Notes under the pieces: model-generated
The model's input: the letters and a program-made list of their open reading frames with translations, nothing else
The model's database searches: none
Told to the model about the DNA's origin: nothing
Origin: Chloroflexota bacterium
GTDB lineage: Bacteria > Chloroflexota > Limnocylindria > Limnocylindrales > CSP1-4
DNA length: 64,000 bases
NCBI GenBank assembly: GCA_021789435.1
Contig: JAJYJO010000005.1
Location: 2,521 to 66,520 of the forward strand
Direction of reading: 5' to 3'
Made by a program: the position numbers and the translations under genes
Shown here: one piece after another, positions 18,549 to 28,332 of the stretch
Position numbering within the stretch: position 1 is the stretch's first letter
How the letters are laid out: each line of letters begins with the position of its first letter

Positions 18549-20108
18549 ATGGCCTCTCCGGCGGGACCCGCGAGCGGGGAGGAGCATCGGATGGAGCGGC
18601 CGGACGCCGAGCCCCGCCTCGCCTCGGAGGCCGCGCCGCGGCATCCGGGTACGCGGCGCCCGGCACCCCGCCCCGACCCGGCCGCGGCGCCGCTGCCCTC
18701 CGCCCCCCCGTTCCGCCTCCGCGCCCGCATCCTGACGCCGCTCCCGGGGGGCGCCACGCGCTTCCTGCCCGACGGCCTGCTCGAGGTCGACGCCGCGGGA
18801 CGGATCACCTCCGTCTCCCCCTGGCAGGCGCCGGACGGGACGGTCGAGCCGGGCCAGGCCGTCGGGCCCGACACGGCACCCATCCACGACCTGCGGCCGC
18901 TGCTCCTGCTGCCGGGGCTGGTCGACCTCCACACGCACGTCCCACAGCTCCCCAACGCCGGGATCGGGGCGGGGTTGGACCTCCTGACCTGGCTCGAGCG
19001 CTACACCCTGCCCCTCGAGCGCAGTTTCGACGTCCCCACCGCCGAGCGCCTGGCGCCGCTCGCCTTCCGGGCATACGCGGCGGCCGGAACGACCACGGTC
19101 GCGGCCTACGCCACGGCCGACCCCGCGGCCACCGAGGCGGTCTTCGCCGCGGCCGAGGCGCACGGCATCCGGGCAGCGATCGGCCTCGTCCTGATGGACC
19201 GGGGGGTCGGCTCGACCGAGATCGACCGCTGGCCCTCCGGCACAGAGCAGCTCGACGCGTCGGCCGCGCTCTGCGCCCGCTGGCACGGCCGCGACGGGGG
19301 CCGGCTCCGCTACGCGGTCACTCCCCGCTTCGCCGTCAGCTGCTCCGCTGACCTGCTGCGCGCCTCCGTCCGCCTGGCCGGCGAGACGGGAGCGCTCTGG
19401 CAGACGCATCTCTCCGAGGACCCGCGCGAGCTGGCCGAGGTCCGGCGGGCCTTCCCCGGCGCCGCCGACTACCTCGCGGTCTACGAGGCGGCGGGGGCGC
19501 TCGGGCCGCGAGCCCTCTTCGCCCACGCCATCCACCTGTCGGCGGGTGAGGTCGCCCGTCTCGCCGCGAGCGGCTCCGGCATCGCCCATTGCCCGGCCTC
19601 CAACCTCTTCCTGCCCAGCGGGGTCATGCCCCTGGCGAGCTACCTCGCGGCCGGCCTGAAGGTCGGCCTCGGCTCGGACGTGTCGGGCGGGCCCAGCCCT
19701 TCGCTCTTCGAGACGATGCGGGCCGGCTTCTACGCCGGCCACGCCCTCCAGTCGCTGGCGCCGGGCGGTCCGCCGCCGATCGTCGACCCGCTGGCCTGGC
19801 TGCGCCTGGCGACGCTCGACGGCGCCGGGGCGATCGGCCTGGCCGACCTGGTCGGCTCGCTGGAGGCCGGCAAGGAGGCCGACCTCGTCGCCGTCGATCC
19901 GCGCCCGACCGAGCCGGTGCCGGGGGCGAGCTGCCGCGACGATCCCGCCGAGCTCGTCAGCCGCCTGATCTTCCGGACCCACCCGGAGATGGTCCGGGCC
20001 GCCTGGGTCCGGGGCCGGCTGCTCCCCACCGGGCCGAGCTCCCGCGGGCCGGTCAGCCCGCTGCCGGCGATCCGGTCCGACCGCGACCCGGCGCGCAGCC
20101 GTCGGTAG
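18549..20108 (+). CDS. guaD: Guanine deaminase
   Basis: Collinear with E. coli GuaD as I recall it: LPGLVDLHTHVPQ, TWLERYTLPLER, GTTTV, VTPRFAVSCS, WQTHLSED, FAHAIHLS, IAHCPASNLFL, VGLGSDVSGG, LEAGKEADLV. The start could instead be the ATG at 18591. Confidence 0.8.
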   Translation: MASPAGPASGEEHRMERPDAEPRLASEAAPRHPGTRRPAPRPDPAAAPLPSAPPFRLRARILTPLPGGATRFLPDGLLEVDAAGRITSVSPWQAPDGTVEPGQAVGPDTAPIHDLRPLLLLPGLVDLHTHVPQLPNAGIGAGLDLLTWLERYTLPLERSFDVPTAERLAPLAFRAYAAAGTTTVAAYATADPAATEAVFAAAEAHGIRAAIGLVLMDRGVGSTEIDRWPSGTEQLDASAALCARWHGRDGGRLRYAVTPRFAVSCSADLLRASVRLAGETGALWQTHLSEDPRELAEVRRAFPGAADYLAVYEAAGALGPRALFAHAIHLSAGEVARLAASGSGIAHCPASNLFLPSGVMPLASYLAAGLKVGLGSDVSGGPSPSLFETMRAGFYAGHALQSLAPGGPPPIVDPLAWLRLATLDGAGAIGLADLVGSLEAGKEADLVAVDPRPTEPVPGASCRDDPAELVSRLIFRTHPEMVRAAWVRGRLLPTGPSSRGPVSPLPAIRSDRDPARSRR

Positions 20109-20357
20109 GATCGACAGGCGCGCACCGGAGCGTTGCCCCGGCTGATCCGCGACCCGGCGGCCGCGGGTTTCCGGTCACGGCGATGGGGCCGACGTCCGGC
20201 AGCGGCGCTCCGCCGTCCGCGGCCGGCGGAGCTCAGGGCGCGGCGCGGCGGGGAGGTCGGGCCGAACGGCACGGGTCCCGGGCGTCCGGGGCGGGCTAGA
20301 TTGACCCCACGTGCGGCGTCGCGTCCCCGTCGCCGGCAGGGAGGAGCGGACGCCCGG

Positions 20358-23015
20358 ATGCACCTGACGCTCAACGGCCGGCCCGTTTCGGTCGAGGTCG
20401 AGCCCGACGAGAGTCTCCTTGAGCTGCTGCGCGAGCGGCTCGGACTGCGCTCGATGAAGGACGGCTGCGCGCCCGAAGGCTCGTGCGGGGCCTGCACGGT
20501 GATCGTCGGTGGGCGGCCGGTGGTCGCCTGCTCACAGCCCGCTCTTCGTTTCGCGGGCAAGGACGTCCTGACGCTGGAAGGGCTGCCTGCGGACGCCCGG
20601 GCCCTGTGGGCGGACGCCTTCGTGGCCGCCGGCGCGGTCCAGTGCGGCTACTGCACTCCCGGCATCGTGATGAAGGCGGAGGCGCTCCTCCGACGGACGC
20701 CCGATCCGAGCCCCGGGGAGGTGGCGACCGCCCTGGCCGGCAACCTCTGCCGCTGCACCGGCTACGTCAAGGTGATCGAGGCGATCCGCCAGGTGACCGC
20801 GGTCCGGCGCGGCGTGGAGTCCGCCCCCGCCGTTCCGGCCGACGGCGGCGTCGGCGAGCGCGCTCCACGCTACGAGGGCCGCGAGCTGGTCCTCGGGGAG
20901 CGGCCGTTCGTCCGTGACCTGGCCGTCCCGGGCATGCTCCATGGCGCCGTCCGCCTCTCGGACCATCCCCGGGCGCTCGTCCGGCGGATCGACCCGACCC
21001 GGGCCGCGGCGCTGCCCGGGGTCGTCCGGATCGCGACCGCCGCCGACGTGCCGGGCCGGCGCGTCCAGGGCCTGATCGAGGCGGACTGGCCGCTCCTCGT
21101 CGCCGAGGGCGAGGAGACGCACTGCGTCGGCGACGTCCTGGCGATCGTGGCCGCGGAGACGCGCCGGGCGGCCCGCCGGGCCGCGGCCGCGATCGACGTG
21201 GACTACGACGTTCGCGAGCCGCTCACCGATCCCTTCGCCGCGATGGCGGACGGTGCGCCGCGCCTCCACGCCGGCGGCAACGTCCGCTCACTCTCCGTCG
21301 TCCGCCACGGCGACGTCGAGGCGGCCCTGGCCGGCGCCGCCAACGTCGTGAGCGAGACCTTCCGGACGCAGCCGATCGAGCACGCCTTCCTGGAGCCGGA
21401 GGCCTGCCTGGCCGTCCCGAACCGGGCCGGCGAACCGGGGACGGACGGCCGACCGGCTCCGACCCTCCGGGTCCACTCGCAGGGCCAGGGCGCCTGGGAG
21501 GACCGCCGCCAGATCGCCTCGTTCCTGGGCCTGCCCGAGTCCGCGGTCCGGGTCACCCAGGTGCCCACCGGCGGCGGCTTCGGCGGCAAGGAGGATCTGA
21601 GCGTCCAGGGCCAGGCCGCCCTGCTGGCCCTGCTCACCGGCCGGCCGGTCCACCTGGCCCTGAGCCGCGGCGAGAGCATCCGCCTCCACCCGAAGCGCCA
21701 CGCCATGACCATGGACTACACGGCCGGCTGCGACCCCGAAGGGCGGCTCGTGGCGGTCCGGGCCCGGATCGTCGGCGACACCGGCGCCTACCTGAGCGTC
21801 GGCGACAAGGTCCTAGAGCGGGCCGCCGGCCACGCCTGCGGCGCCTACCGCGTGCCGAACGTGGACGTGGAGGCCAGAGCGGTGGCCACCAACAACCCGC
21901 CGGCCGGGGCGATGCGCGGCTTCGGCGTCGTCCAGGTCACCTTCGCCATGGAGGGGCTGCTGGACCGCCTGGCCGAGCGGGTCGGCCTCGACGGCTGGGA
22001 GATACGCTGGCGCAACGCGGTGGAGGCGGGCGACCGCTTCGGCACGGGCCAGCTCCTGGGGCCCGGCGTGGGTGTCAAGCGGACCCTGCTGGCGGTCCGG
22101 GACGCCTACCGCGGCGCCCGCTTCGCCGGGATCGCCTGCGGGGCCAAGAACACCGGTGTCGGCAACGGGATGATCGAGCGGGGCAGGGCGATCCTGCGGC
22201 CGGAGGCCGACGGCACGATCACGCTCCTCCATTCCTGGACGGAGATGGGCCAGGGTGTCCACACGGTCCTCCGCCAGCTCGCCGCCGGGGCGCTGGGCTT
22301 CCCGGCCGAGCGGATCCGCGTCGCGGTGGACACCGAGCGCGAGCTCGACACCGGCGAGACGACGGCCTCGCGCGCGACCGCGCTCGGCGGCCAGGCGGTG
22401 CTCGACGCGGCCCGGCGGCTGAAGGCGGCCCTGGCCGACGCACCCCTGGAAGCCCTGGCCGGGCGCGAGTTCGACGGGGAGTTCGTGGTCGACTGGACGA
22501 CCGACAACGCGGCCGCCGAGCCGGTCACCCACTTCGCCTACGGCTGGTCGAGCCAGGTGGTGATCCTCGACGAGACCGGCCGGCTGGCCCGCGTGGTGGC
22601 CGCCCAAGACGTCGGACGGGCGATCAACCCGGCGGCGATGGAGGGCCAGGTGGAGGGCGGCGTCCACATGGGCCTCGGCTACGCCCTCAGCGAGGAGCTG
22701 CGGCTCGAGGGCGGTTGGCCGGTCACCCACAGCCTCAAGTCGCTGGGTATGATCCCGCCGGCGGGGATGCCGCCGCTCGAGGTGATCCTGGTCGAGGAGC
22801 CGCAGCCGGAGGGGCCGCTCGGCGCCAAGGGCGCCGGCGAGGCCGTCCTGGTCCCGACGCCGGCGGCGGTCGCGGGCGCGCTCCACGCCTTCGACGGGGC
22901 CTGGCGGACGCGGCTGCCGATGCGCGATTCGCCCGCCGCCCGGGCCGCCGCCCCCCGGGCAGCCGGGGCGGCCGCCGGGCGCAGGCAGGCGTCGGTCTCG
23001 GAAACGGTGCCGTGA
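20358..23015 (+). CDS. Fused [2Fe-2S]x2 + molybdopterin-binding subunit of the xanthine dehydrogenase/aldehyde oxidase family (XdhD-like architecture, no FAD domain)
   Basis: ATG at 20358 after GGGAGGAGCGG. CAPEGSCGACTV, CGYCTPGIVM and CRCTGYVKV, followed by the Mo domain (PRYEGRELVLGERPF, GGGFGGKED, many XDH-family blocks). Confidence 0.8.
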   Translation: MHLTLNGRPVSVEVEPDESLLELLRERLGLRSMKDGCAPEGSCGACTVIVGGRPVVACSQPALRFAGKDVLTLEGLPADARALWADAFVAAGAVQCGYCTPGIVMKAEALLRRTPDPSPGEVATALAGNLCRCTGYVKVIEAIRQVTAVRRGVESAPAVPADGGVGERAPRYEGRELVLGERPFVRDLAVPGMLHGAVRLSDHPRALVRRIDPTRAAALPGVVRIATAADVPGRRVQGLIEADWPLLVAEGEETHCVGDVLAIVAAETRRAARRAAAAIDVDYDVREPLTDPFAAMADGAPRLHAGGNVRSLSVVRHGDVEAALAGAANVVSETFRTQPIEHAFLEPEACLAVPNRAGEPGTDGRPAPTLRVHSQGQGAWEDRRQIASFLGLPESAVRVTQVPTGGGFGGKEDLSVQGQAALLALLTGRPVHLALSRGESIRLHPKRHAMTMDYTAGCDPEGRLVAVRARIVGDTGAYLSVGDKVLERAAGHACGAYRVPNVDVEARAVATNNPPAGAMRGFGVVQVTFAMEGLLDRLAERVGLDGWEIRWRNAVEAGDRFGTGQLLGPGVGVKRTLLAVRDAYRGARFAGIACGAKNTGVGNGMIERGRAILRPEADGTITLLHSWTEMGQGVHTVLRQLAAGALGFPAERIRVAVDTERELDTGETTASRATALGGQAVLDAARRLKAALADAPLEALAGREFDGEFVVDWTTDNAAAEPVTHFAYGWSSQVVILDETGRLARVVAAQDVGRAINPAAMEGQVEGGVHMGLGYALSEELRLEGGWPVTHSLKSLGMIPPAGMPPLEVILVEEPQPEGPLGAKGAGEAVLVPTPAAVAGALHAFDGAWRTRLPMRDSPAARAAAPRAAGAAAGRRQASVSETVP

Positions 23016-23103
23016 GCCGGCTGCCGGCAGGCCGAGCGCGCTCGCTCCTTTCGTCCCGGCGGCCCGGGCCGCGCGGCCGGCTGATCGCCTCCCGGCCGGC
23101 GGG

Positions 23104-24528
23104 TCAGCCGGCTTTACGGCCGGGGACGGCGTCCAGGATCAGGCGGCGCAGGACCCGCGCCGTCACCGAGCGGCGGTAAACGGCGGTCGAGCGGACGTCG
23201 TCGATCGGGCTGATCTCCGCGGCGACGGCCGCAGCGGCCCGGTCGGCCAGTGCCGCTGTGGGTCGCTGGCCCTCCAGCACGGCCTCCGTGGCGAGGGCCC
23301 GGACCGGCGTCGGGGCGAGTGAACCGAGCGCGACCCGGACGTCGCGCCAGGTGCCGCCCTCCTCGCGCCAGGCGAGGGCCACGGACGCCTTGGCGATCGC
23401 CTGCGCCTGCCGCGTGCCGACCTTGCGGAAGCGGACGTGGCGGCCGACCGGCAGCGGGACCCGGACCGCCAAGACCAGCTCGTCGGACGCCAGGGCCGTC
23501 TGCCGGTAGGCGGGCCAGAAGGCGGCGGCGGGGACAGATCGCCGGCCGCGGAGGCTCTCGACCAGGATCTCCGCGTCGGTCGCGAGGAGCAGCGGCAGGC
23601 TGTCGCCGGCAGGCGAGGCGGTCACGATGTTGCCGCCCAGGGTGCCGCGGTTCTGGACCTGGACCGCGCCGACGGAGGCGGCCATCTCGGCGAGGACGGG
23701 CAGGTGCTCGGCCACGAGCGCCGACCGGCGGAGCTCGGCGTAGGTGGTCAGGGCCCCCAAAACGAGCGCCCCGAACTGTGCCGCCCGGCCCGGCTCCAGG
23801 CGGATCCCCCGCAGCTCGTCGAGGTCGCCCAGGTCCAGCAGCGGCCAGGCCGCGGTGGCCGCCCGGGAGGCCAGGCCTACCATCAGGTCGGTCCCGCCGG
23901 CGATCGGTCGAGGATGCTCCGCCGCCAGCACCGCCAGGGCGTCGGCCAGGCTGCCGGGCGAGACCACCTCCGGGGCACCGGAGGGCAGAGCGGCCGGGGA
24001 GCCCCCGGCTTCGGCCAGCGGCGCCAGAGCGGGCGCCGGGATCGCCGCGCCCGGTGGGTCCGTCGCGGCCAGCCGGATCCCCTCGACGATCCGCGTGTAG
24101 CCGGTGCAGCGGCAGAGCGTGCCCGCGATCGCCTCCCGGATGGCGTCCTCGGTCGGCTCCGCGCCGGAGGCCAGGAACGCCCGGCCCGCCAGCAGCATCG
24201 CCGGCGTGCAGAAGCCGCACTGGCTCGCGCCGGTCTCGAGGAAGGCCACCTGGAGGGGGTCGAGCCGGCCCTCCCGGGCCAGGCCCTCGACCGTAAGCAC
24301 CGCCCGGCCCTGGACCTGGGCCACCGGGACCAGGCAGCTCGCCACGAGCTCGCCGTCGAGCAGCACCGAGCAGGCGCCGCACTCGCCCTCGCCGCAGCCC
24401 TCTTTCGTGCCGGTCAGGCCGAGCTCCAGGCGCAGGAGGTCGAGGAGGCGCCGGCCACCTGGCCCGGCCACCTCGGCCGGCCGGCCGTTGACCGTGAAGC
24501 GCAGCCGGGCCGCCGTCGCGAGCGTCAT
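23104..24528 (-). CDS. Xanthine dehydrogenase-family fused [2Fe-2S] + FAD-binding subunit
   Basis: CGEGECGACSV, CGFCTPAML, CRCTGYTRI, then IAGGTDLMVGL and TLGGNIVTASPAGDSLP (CO-dehydrogenase flavoprotein-type FAD domain). Its ATG overlaps the upstream stop (ATGA, 24525-24528). Confidence 0.85.
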   Translation of the reverse strand: MTLATAARLRFTVNGRPAEVAGPGGRRLLDLLRLELGLTGTKEGCGEGECGACSVLLDGELVASCLVPVAQVQGRAVLTVEGLAREGRLDPLQVAFLETGASQCGFCTPAMLLAGRAFLASGAEPTEDAIREAIAGTLCRCTGYTRIVEGIRLAATDPPGAAIPAPALAPLAEAGGSPAALPSGAPEVVSPGSLADALAVLAAEHPRPIAGGTDLMVGLASRAATAAWPLLDLGDLDELRGIRLEPGRAAQFGALVLGALTTYAELRRSALVAEHLPVLAEMAASVGAVQVQNRGTLGGNIVTASPAGDSLPLLLATDAEILVESLRGRRSVPAAAFWPAYRQTALASDELVLAVRVPLPVGRHVRFRKVGTRQAQAIAKASVALAWREEGGTWRDVRVALGSLAPTPVRALATEAVLEGQRPTAALADRAAAAVAAEISPIDDVRSTAVYRRSVTARVLRRLILDAVPGRKAG

Positions 24529-26897
24529 CGCCGGCCCTCCCGGGCCTCGAGCGCGGCCAAGACCCGCTCGGGCGTCGCCGGCAGCTCGGCGATCCAGGCA
24601 CCCGTCGCGTCGTGGATCGCGTCGATGACGGCCGGTGCGCCGACGTCCATCGGCAGCTCGCCCAGCCCCTTGGCCCGGTGCGGCGCGCCGGCGAACGGCT
24701 CTTCGAGCAGGATCGCCTCGATCCGCGGCGCGTCGACGGCCGTCGGCACCAGGTAGGTCGCCAGCCGGTCGTTCAGGTAGCGTCCGTCCCGGGCCTGCAG
24801 CTCCTCGATGGTCGCGTAGCCGACGGCCTGGAGCGTGCCGCCCTCGACCTGGCCGGCGGCCAGGACCGGGTTGACCACGCGGCCGATCTCGTCGGCGGCC
24901 ACGACCGAGCCGACCCGGACCTCGCCGGTGTCGAGGTCGACGTCCACCTCGGCCACGGCGGCCGCCCAGCTGTAGGCCGGGTAGGCGTCGCCGCGGTGGG
25001 TCGCGTCGTCCCAGACAATGCCGGGGTAGCCCTCGAACTGCTCATCGAAGCGGACGCGGCCGGCCTGCGCCGCGTCGGTGCGATAGGAGGTCGCGAACGG
25101 GGCGCCGGTCCGCGCCTCGACGTCGGCCCGGAGCCGCTCGGCGGCCCGGATCAGCAGGCCGCCGACGACCATGGTCGTCCGCGAGGCGACCGTGGGGCCG
25201 CTGTTCGGCACGACGGACGTGTCGCCGGGCGCCACCTCCACGGCCTCGGCCGGCACCCCGAGGGCCTCGGCGACGAGCTGGGACAGGACGGTCCTGGCTC
25301 CCTGGCCGATCTCGGTCGAGTCCGTGTAGACGAGGACCTGCCCGTCGGCCGACCGCTCCACGCCGGCCACGCTGGCCAGGAAGCGCTCCCCGGCGCCGGT
25401 GAAGCCGGCCCCGTGCCAGGCCAGGGCGAGCCCGATGCCGTGGGCCGTTCGGCCATCGAGCCTGTCGGTGCGGGCGCCTGCCGGGCGCGTCGCCCGCGCC
25501 ATTCGCGCCTCGGCCGTGCGAGCGCGCACCGGCTCGTAGTCGGCCGCCTCCGCCACCCTCTCCAGGACCACCCCCGCGCCCACGCTCTCGCGGAGGACCT
25601 GGCCGGTCGGCGTCACGTCGCCCGGCCGGTAGGCCCAGCGGCGCCGGAGCTCCAGCGGGCTGACGCCGAGGGCTTCGGCCACCCGGTTCACCTGCGTCTC
25701 CGCCGCGAACTCGGTCTGGGGCGCGCCGAAGCCGCGGAACGCCCCGTTCGGCGGCGTGTTGGTGGCCATCGTCCGGGCCCGGATCCGCACGTTCGGGCAG
25801 GCATAGGGGCCGGCCGCGTGGATCGCCCCCCGCGAAAGGACGACGGGCGACAGCGTCGCGTAGGCCCCCGCGTCCATGACCACGTCCACGTCCTGGGCGA
25901 CCAGGCGGCCATCGCGCGTGACACCGGTCCGGTGGGTGACGACGGCCGGATGGCGCTTGGTGGTCGCCGCGACATCCTCGTGGCGGTCGTAGACGATCCG
26001 CACGGGACGGCCGGCCCGCAGGGCCAGCAGCGAGGCATGGATCGCCAGCATGGAGGGGTACTCCTCCTTGCCGCCGAATCCGCCGCCCGTCTCCTCCTGG
26101 ATGACCACGACCTGCTCCCCGGCCAGGCCGAGGGCCCGCGCCAGCGCGGCGTGGACGTAGTAGGGACACTGGAGCGAACCGTGGACGGTCACGCCACGGT
26201 CCTCGCCCGGGACCGCGATCATCGCCTGCGGCTCCAGGTAGAGCTGCTCCTGGTAGCCGACGCGGTAGGTCCCCTCGACGACCAGGTCGGCCGCCGCCAG
26301 GCCGGCCTCCACGTCGCCGCGGCCGATCTCGTAGCGGGCGAAGGCGCGCTCGGAGGCGAGCGGGTCCAGGATCGCCGGCAGCGGCTCGGTTCGCAGGCGG
26401 ATCGCGTCGCGCGCGGCCCGCGCGGTGGCCGGGTCCGCGGCCGCCACCAGGGCGACCGGCTCGGCGACGTGCCGGATGACGTCGGCGACGAGGGCGGGCT
26501 GGTCGTCGGCCATCAGGTGGACGACGTTCTCGCCGGGGATCTCCGCGGCGGTCACGACGACGACCCGCGACCAGTCGAAGGCGGGATCGAGCTCCAGGCC
26601 CAGCAGGCGGGCGTGCGCTTCCGTCGAGCGGAGGGTGAAGCCGAACCAGGCGCCCGGGACGATCAGGTCGTCGGTGTAGCGGGCGGCGCCGGTCAGCTTG
26701 GCCGGGCCCTCGCGGCGGGGCAGGGAGCGGCCGACCACGGTCCCGGCGGAGGCTGCCGGGGGACGCCCGACCGTGGCCGCCAGGTCGGCGCGGGAGTCGG
26801 CGCGGGAGTCGCCGCGGCGGGGGGCCACGCGGCGACGATGGCCGCCTGGCGGGTCGCCTGTCAAGGTTCCTCGGTCACCTAGTGGCGGGGGTGTCAC
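24525..26897 (-). CDS. Xanthine dehydrogenase-family molybdopterin-binding large subunit (start uncertain)
   Basis: VGRSLPRREGPAKLTGAARYTDD, GGGFGGKEEYPS and C-terminal XDH blocks. Several in-frame GTG/TTG starts lie between 26897 and about 26740. The annotated GTG sits inside a palindrome. Confidence 0.8.
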   Translation of the reverse strand: MTPPPLGDRGTLTGDPPGGHRRRVAPRRGDSRADSRADLAATVGRPPAASAGTVVGRSLPRREGPAKLTGAARYTDDLIVPGAWFGFTLRSTEAHARLLGLELDPAFDWSRVVVVTAAEIPGENVVHLMADDQPALVADVIRHVAEPVALVAAADPATARAARDAIRLRTEPLPAILDPLASERAFARYEIGRGDVEAGLAAADLVVEGTYRVGYQEQLYLEPQAMIAVPGEDRGVTVHGSLQCPYYVHAALARALGLAGEQVVVIQEETGGGFGGKEEYPSMLAIHASLLALRAGRPVRIVYDRHEDVAATTKRHPAVVTHRTGVTRDGRLVAQDVDVVMDAGAYATLSPVVLSRGAIHAAGPYACPNVRIRARTMATNTPPNGAFRGFGAPQTEFAAETQVNRVAEALGVSPLELRRRWAYRPGDVTPTGQVLRESVGAGVVLERVAEAADYEPVRARTAEARMARATRPAGARTDRLDGRTAHGIGLALAWHGAGFTGAGERFLASVAGVERSADGQVLVYTDSTEIGQGARTVLSQLVAEALGVPAEAVEVAPGDTSVVPNSGPTVASRTTMVVGGLLIRAAERLRADVEARTGAPFATSYRTDAAQAGRVRFDEQFEGYPGIVWDDATHRGDAYPAYSWAAAVAEVDVDLDTGEVRVGSVVAADEIGRVVNPVLAAGQVEGGTLQAVGYATIEELQARDGRYLNDRLATYLVPTAVDAPRIEAILLEEPFAGAPHRAKGLGELPMDVGAPAVIDAIHDATGAWIAELPATPERVLAALEAREGRR

Positions 26898-26912
26898 GTC
26901 CCGCGCGGGACG
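26897..26912. promoter_or_regulatory. Perfect 16-bp palindrome CGTCCCGCGCGGGACG between lysA and the xdh large-subunit gene (hairpin/attenuator or operator)
   Basis: Read directly; it overlaps the most upstream candidate start of the Mo-subunit gene. Confidence 0.35.
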
Positions 26913-26970
26913 CCGGGCTCCGATCGTCCCTTCGCCGGTCCCGCAGACGTGCCGGAGACCGGCCGGCCCC

Positions 26971-28332
26971 CTACCAGGCCGGCAGGATCTGCCGCTCCAG
27001 GAGCTCGGATGGTTCGATCCGCGGTCGGATCAGCTCGGCCCGGCCACCACGGACGGCTACCTCGGCGGGCATGGGGTGGGAGAGGAAGAGCGGCATCGAT
27101 TCGGTGTAGCCGTAGGCGCCGGCGTCGAGGATCGCGACCAGGTCGCCCACCGCCGGTGGCGGCAGGTCCGCCCGCCGCCCGAAGACGTCCAGCCCGGTGC
27201 AGAGCGGGCCGGCGACGGTGACGGGCTCCCGGCGGTTTCCGTCTCCCGCCCTCCCGAGCACCCCGAGGGTCGCGATCCGGTGCTCCTGCCCGGTCAGCGC
27301 CGGCCGGACCAGGTGGTGGATGCCACCATCCAGGATGGCCACATCCGCGCCCCCGACGCGCTTGCGGTCGACGACTCGGGCCAGGTAGGCACCGGCCGGG
27401 CCGACGAGGAAGCGGCCCGGCTCGAGCAGGACGCGCGCCCCCGCCACCAGCGGATCGGCGGCCCAGGCTTCCCGGAGGCCGGCCAGGCCAGCCCCGAGCG
27501 CCGCGAGGTCGAGCGGCTCCTCGTCGGGCCCATAGGGGATGCCGAGGCCGCCGCCGACGTCGACCAGCCGCAGGGGCAGTCCGGTCGCCCGGGCGAGGCC
27601 GGCCGCCAGCTCCAGCGTGGCCTGGACGTGCGCGACGATGGCCGCCGCCGAAAGTACGTTGGAGGCACCGAAGGCATGCAGGCCGAGGAGCTCGAGGTGA
27701 GGCGAGTCGATCGCCCGCCGGCCGCAGGCCAGCAGGTCGTCGCGGTCCATCCCGAACTTGGCCGCCCCGTCGCCACCGATCAGGCGCACCCGCTTGGCGC
27801 CGTCGTCCGTGACCGCCGCGCGGAGCAAAATCGGCGTCCGCCGTTCGAGCGCCGCCGCGGTGGCCTCCAGGCGGTCGAGCTCACCGGGGGATTCGACCGT
27901 GACCGCCCGGACTCGCGAACCGACGGCCAGCTCCAGCTCGCCGGAACGCTTGCCCGGCCCGGTGACGACGATGCGCGCGGCAGGAATCCCGGCCCGCAGC
28001 GCCGCGGCCAGCTCGCCGGCCGAGGCGACGTCCGCGCCGGCCCCGAGCGCGCCGAGCCGGGCGATGACCGCCAGGGCCGGGTTGGCCTTGACCGCATAGG
28101 CGACCTCGAACGATGGCGGAAGGGCGGCGCGGAGGGCGGCGAAGCGGCAGGCGACGACGTCCAGGTCGTAGACGTAGAGCGGGGTCCCGAAGCGCTCCGC
28201 CAGACGCTCCGGCTCGAGGCCGGCCAGCAGGTCGCTCTCCAGGATCCCGGCGGCTCCCGACTCCACCCGGGCCGCCCTGGTCCGGTTGGAGTCCATGGCC
28301 CTCGCCGCTGAGCCTGTCCCGGTCGCCCTCAT
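26971..28332 (-). CDS. lysA: Diaminopimelate decarboxylase
   Basis: GTPLYVYD, YAVKANP (PLP Lys), VDVGGGLGIPY, EPGRFLVG, ILDAGAYG. Its ATG overlaps the dapD stop (ATGA). Confidence 0.8.
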   Translation of the reverse strand: MRATGTGSAARAMDSNRTRAARVESGAAGILESDLLAGLEPERLAERFGTPLYVYDLDVVACRFAALRAALPPSFEVAYAVKANPALAVIARLGALGAGADVASAGELAAALRAGIPAARIVVTGPGKRSGELELAVGSRVRAVTVESPGELDRLEATAAALERRTPILLRAAVTDDGAKRVRLIGGDGAAKFGMDRDDLLACGRRAIDSPHLELLGLHAFGASNVLSAAAIVAHVQATLELAAGLARATGLPLRLVDVGGGLGIPYGPDEEPLDLAALGAGLAGLREAWAADPLVAGARVLLEPGRFLVGPAGAYLARVVDRKRVGGADVAILDGGIHHLVRPALTGQEHRIATLGVLGRAGDGNRREPVTVAGPLCTGLDVFGRRADLPPPAVGDLVAILDAGAYGYTESMPLFLSHPMPAEVAVRGGRAELIRPRIEPSELLERQILPAW

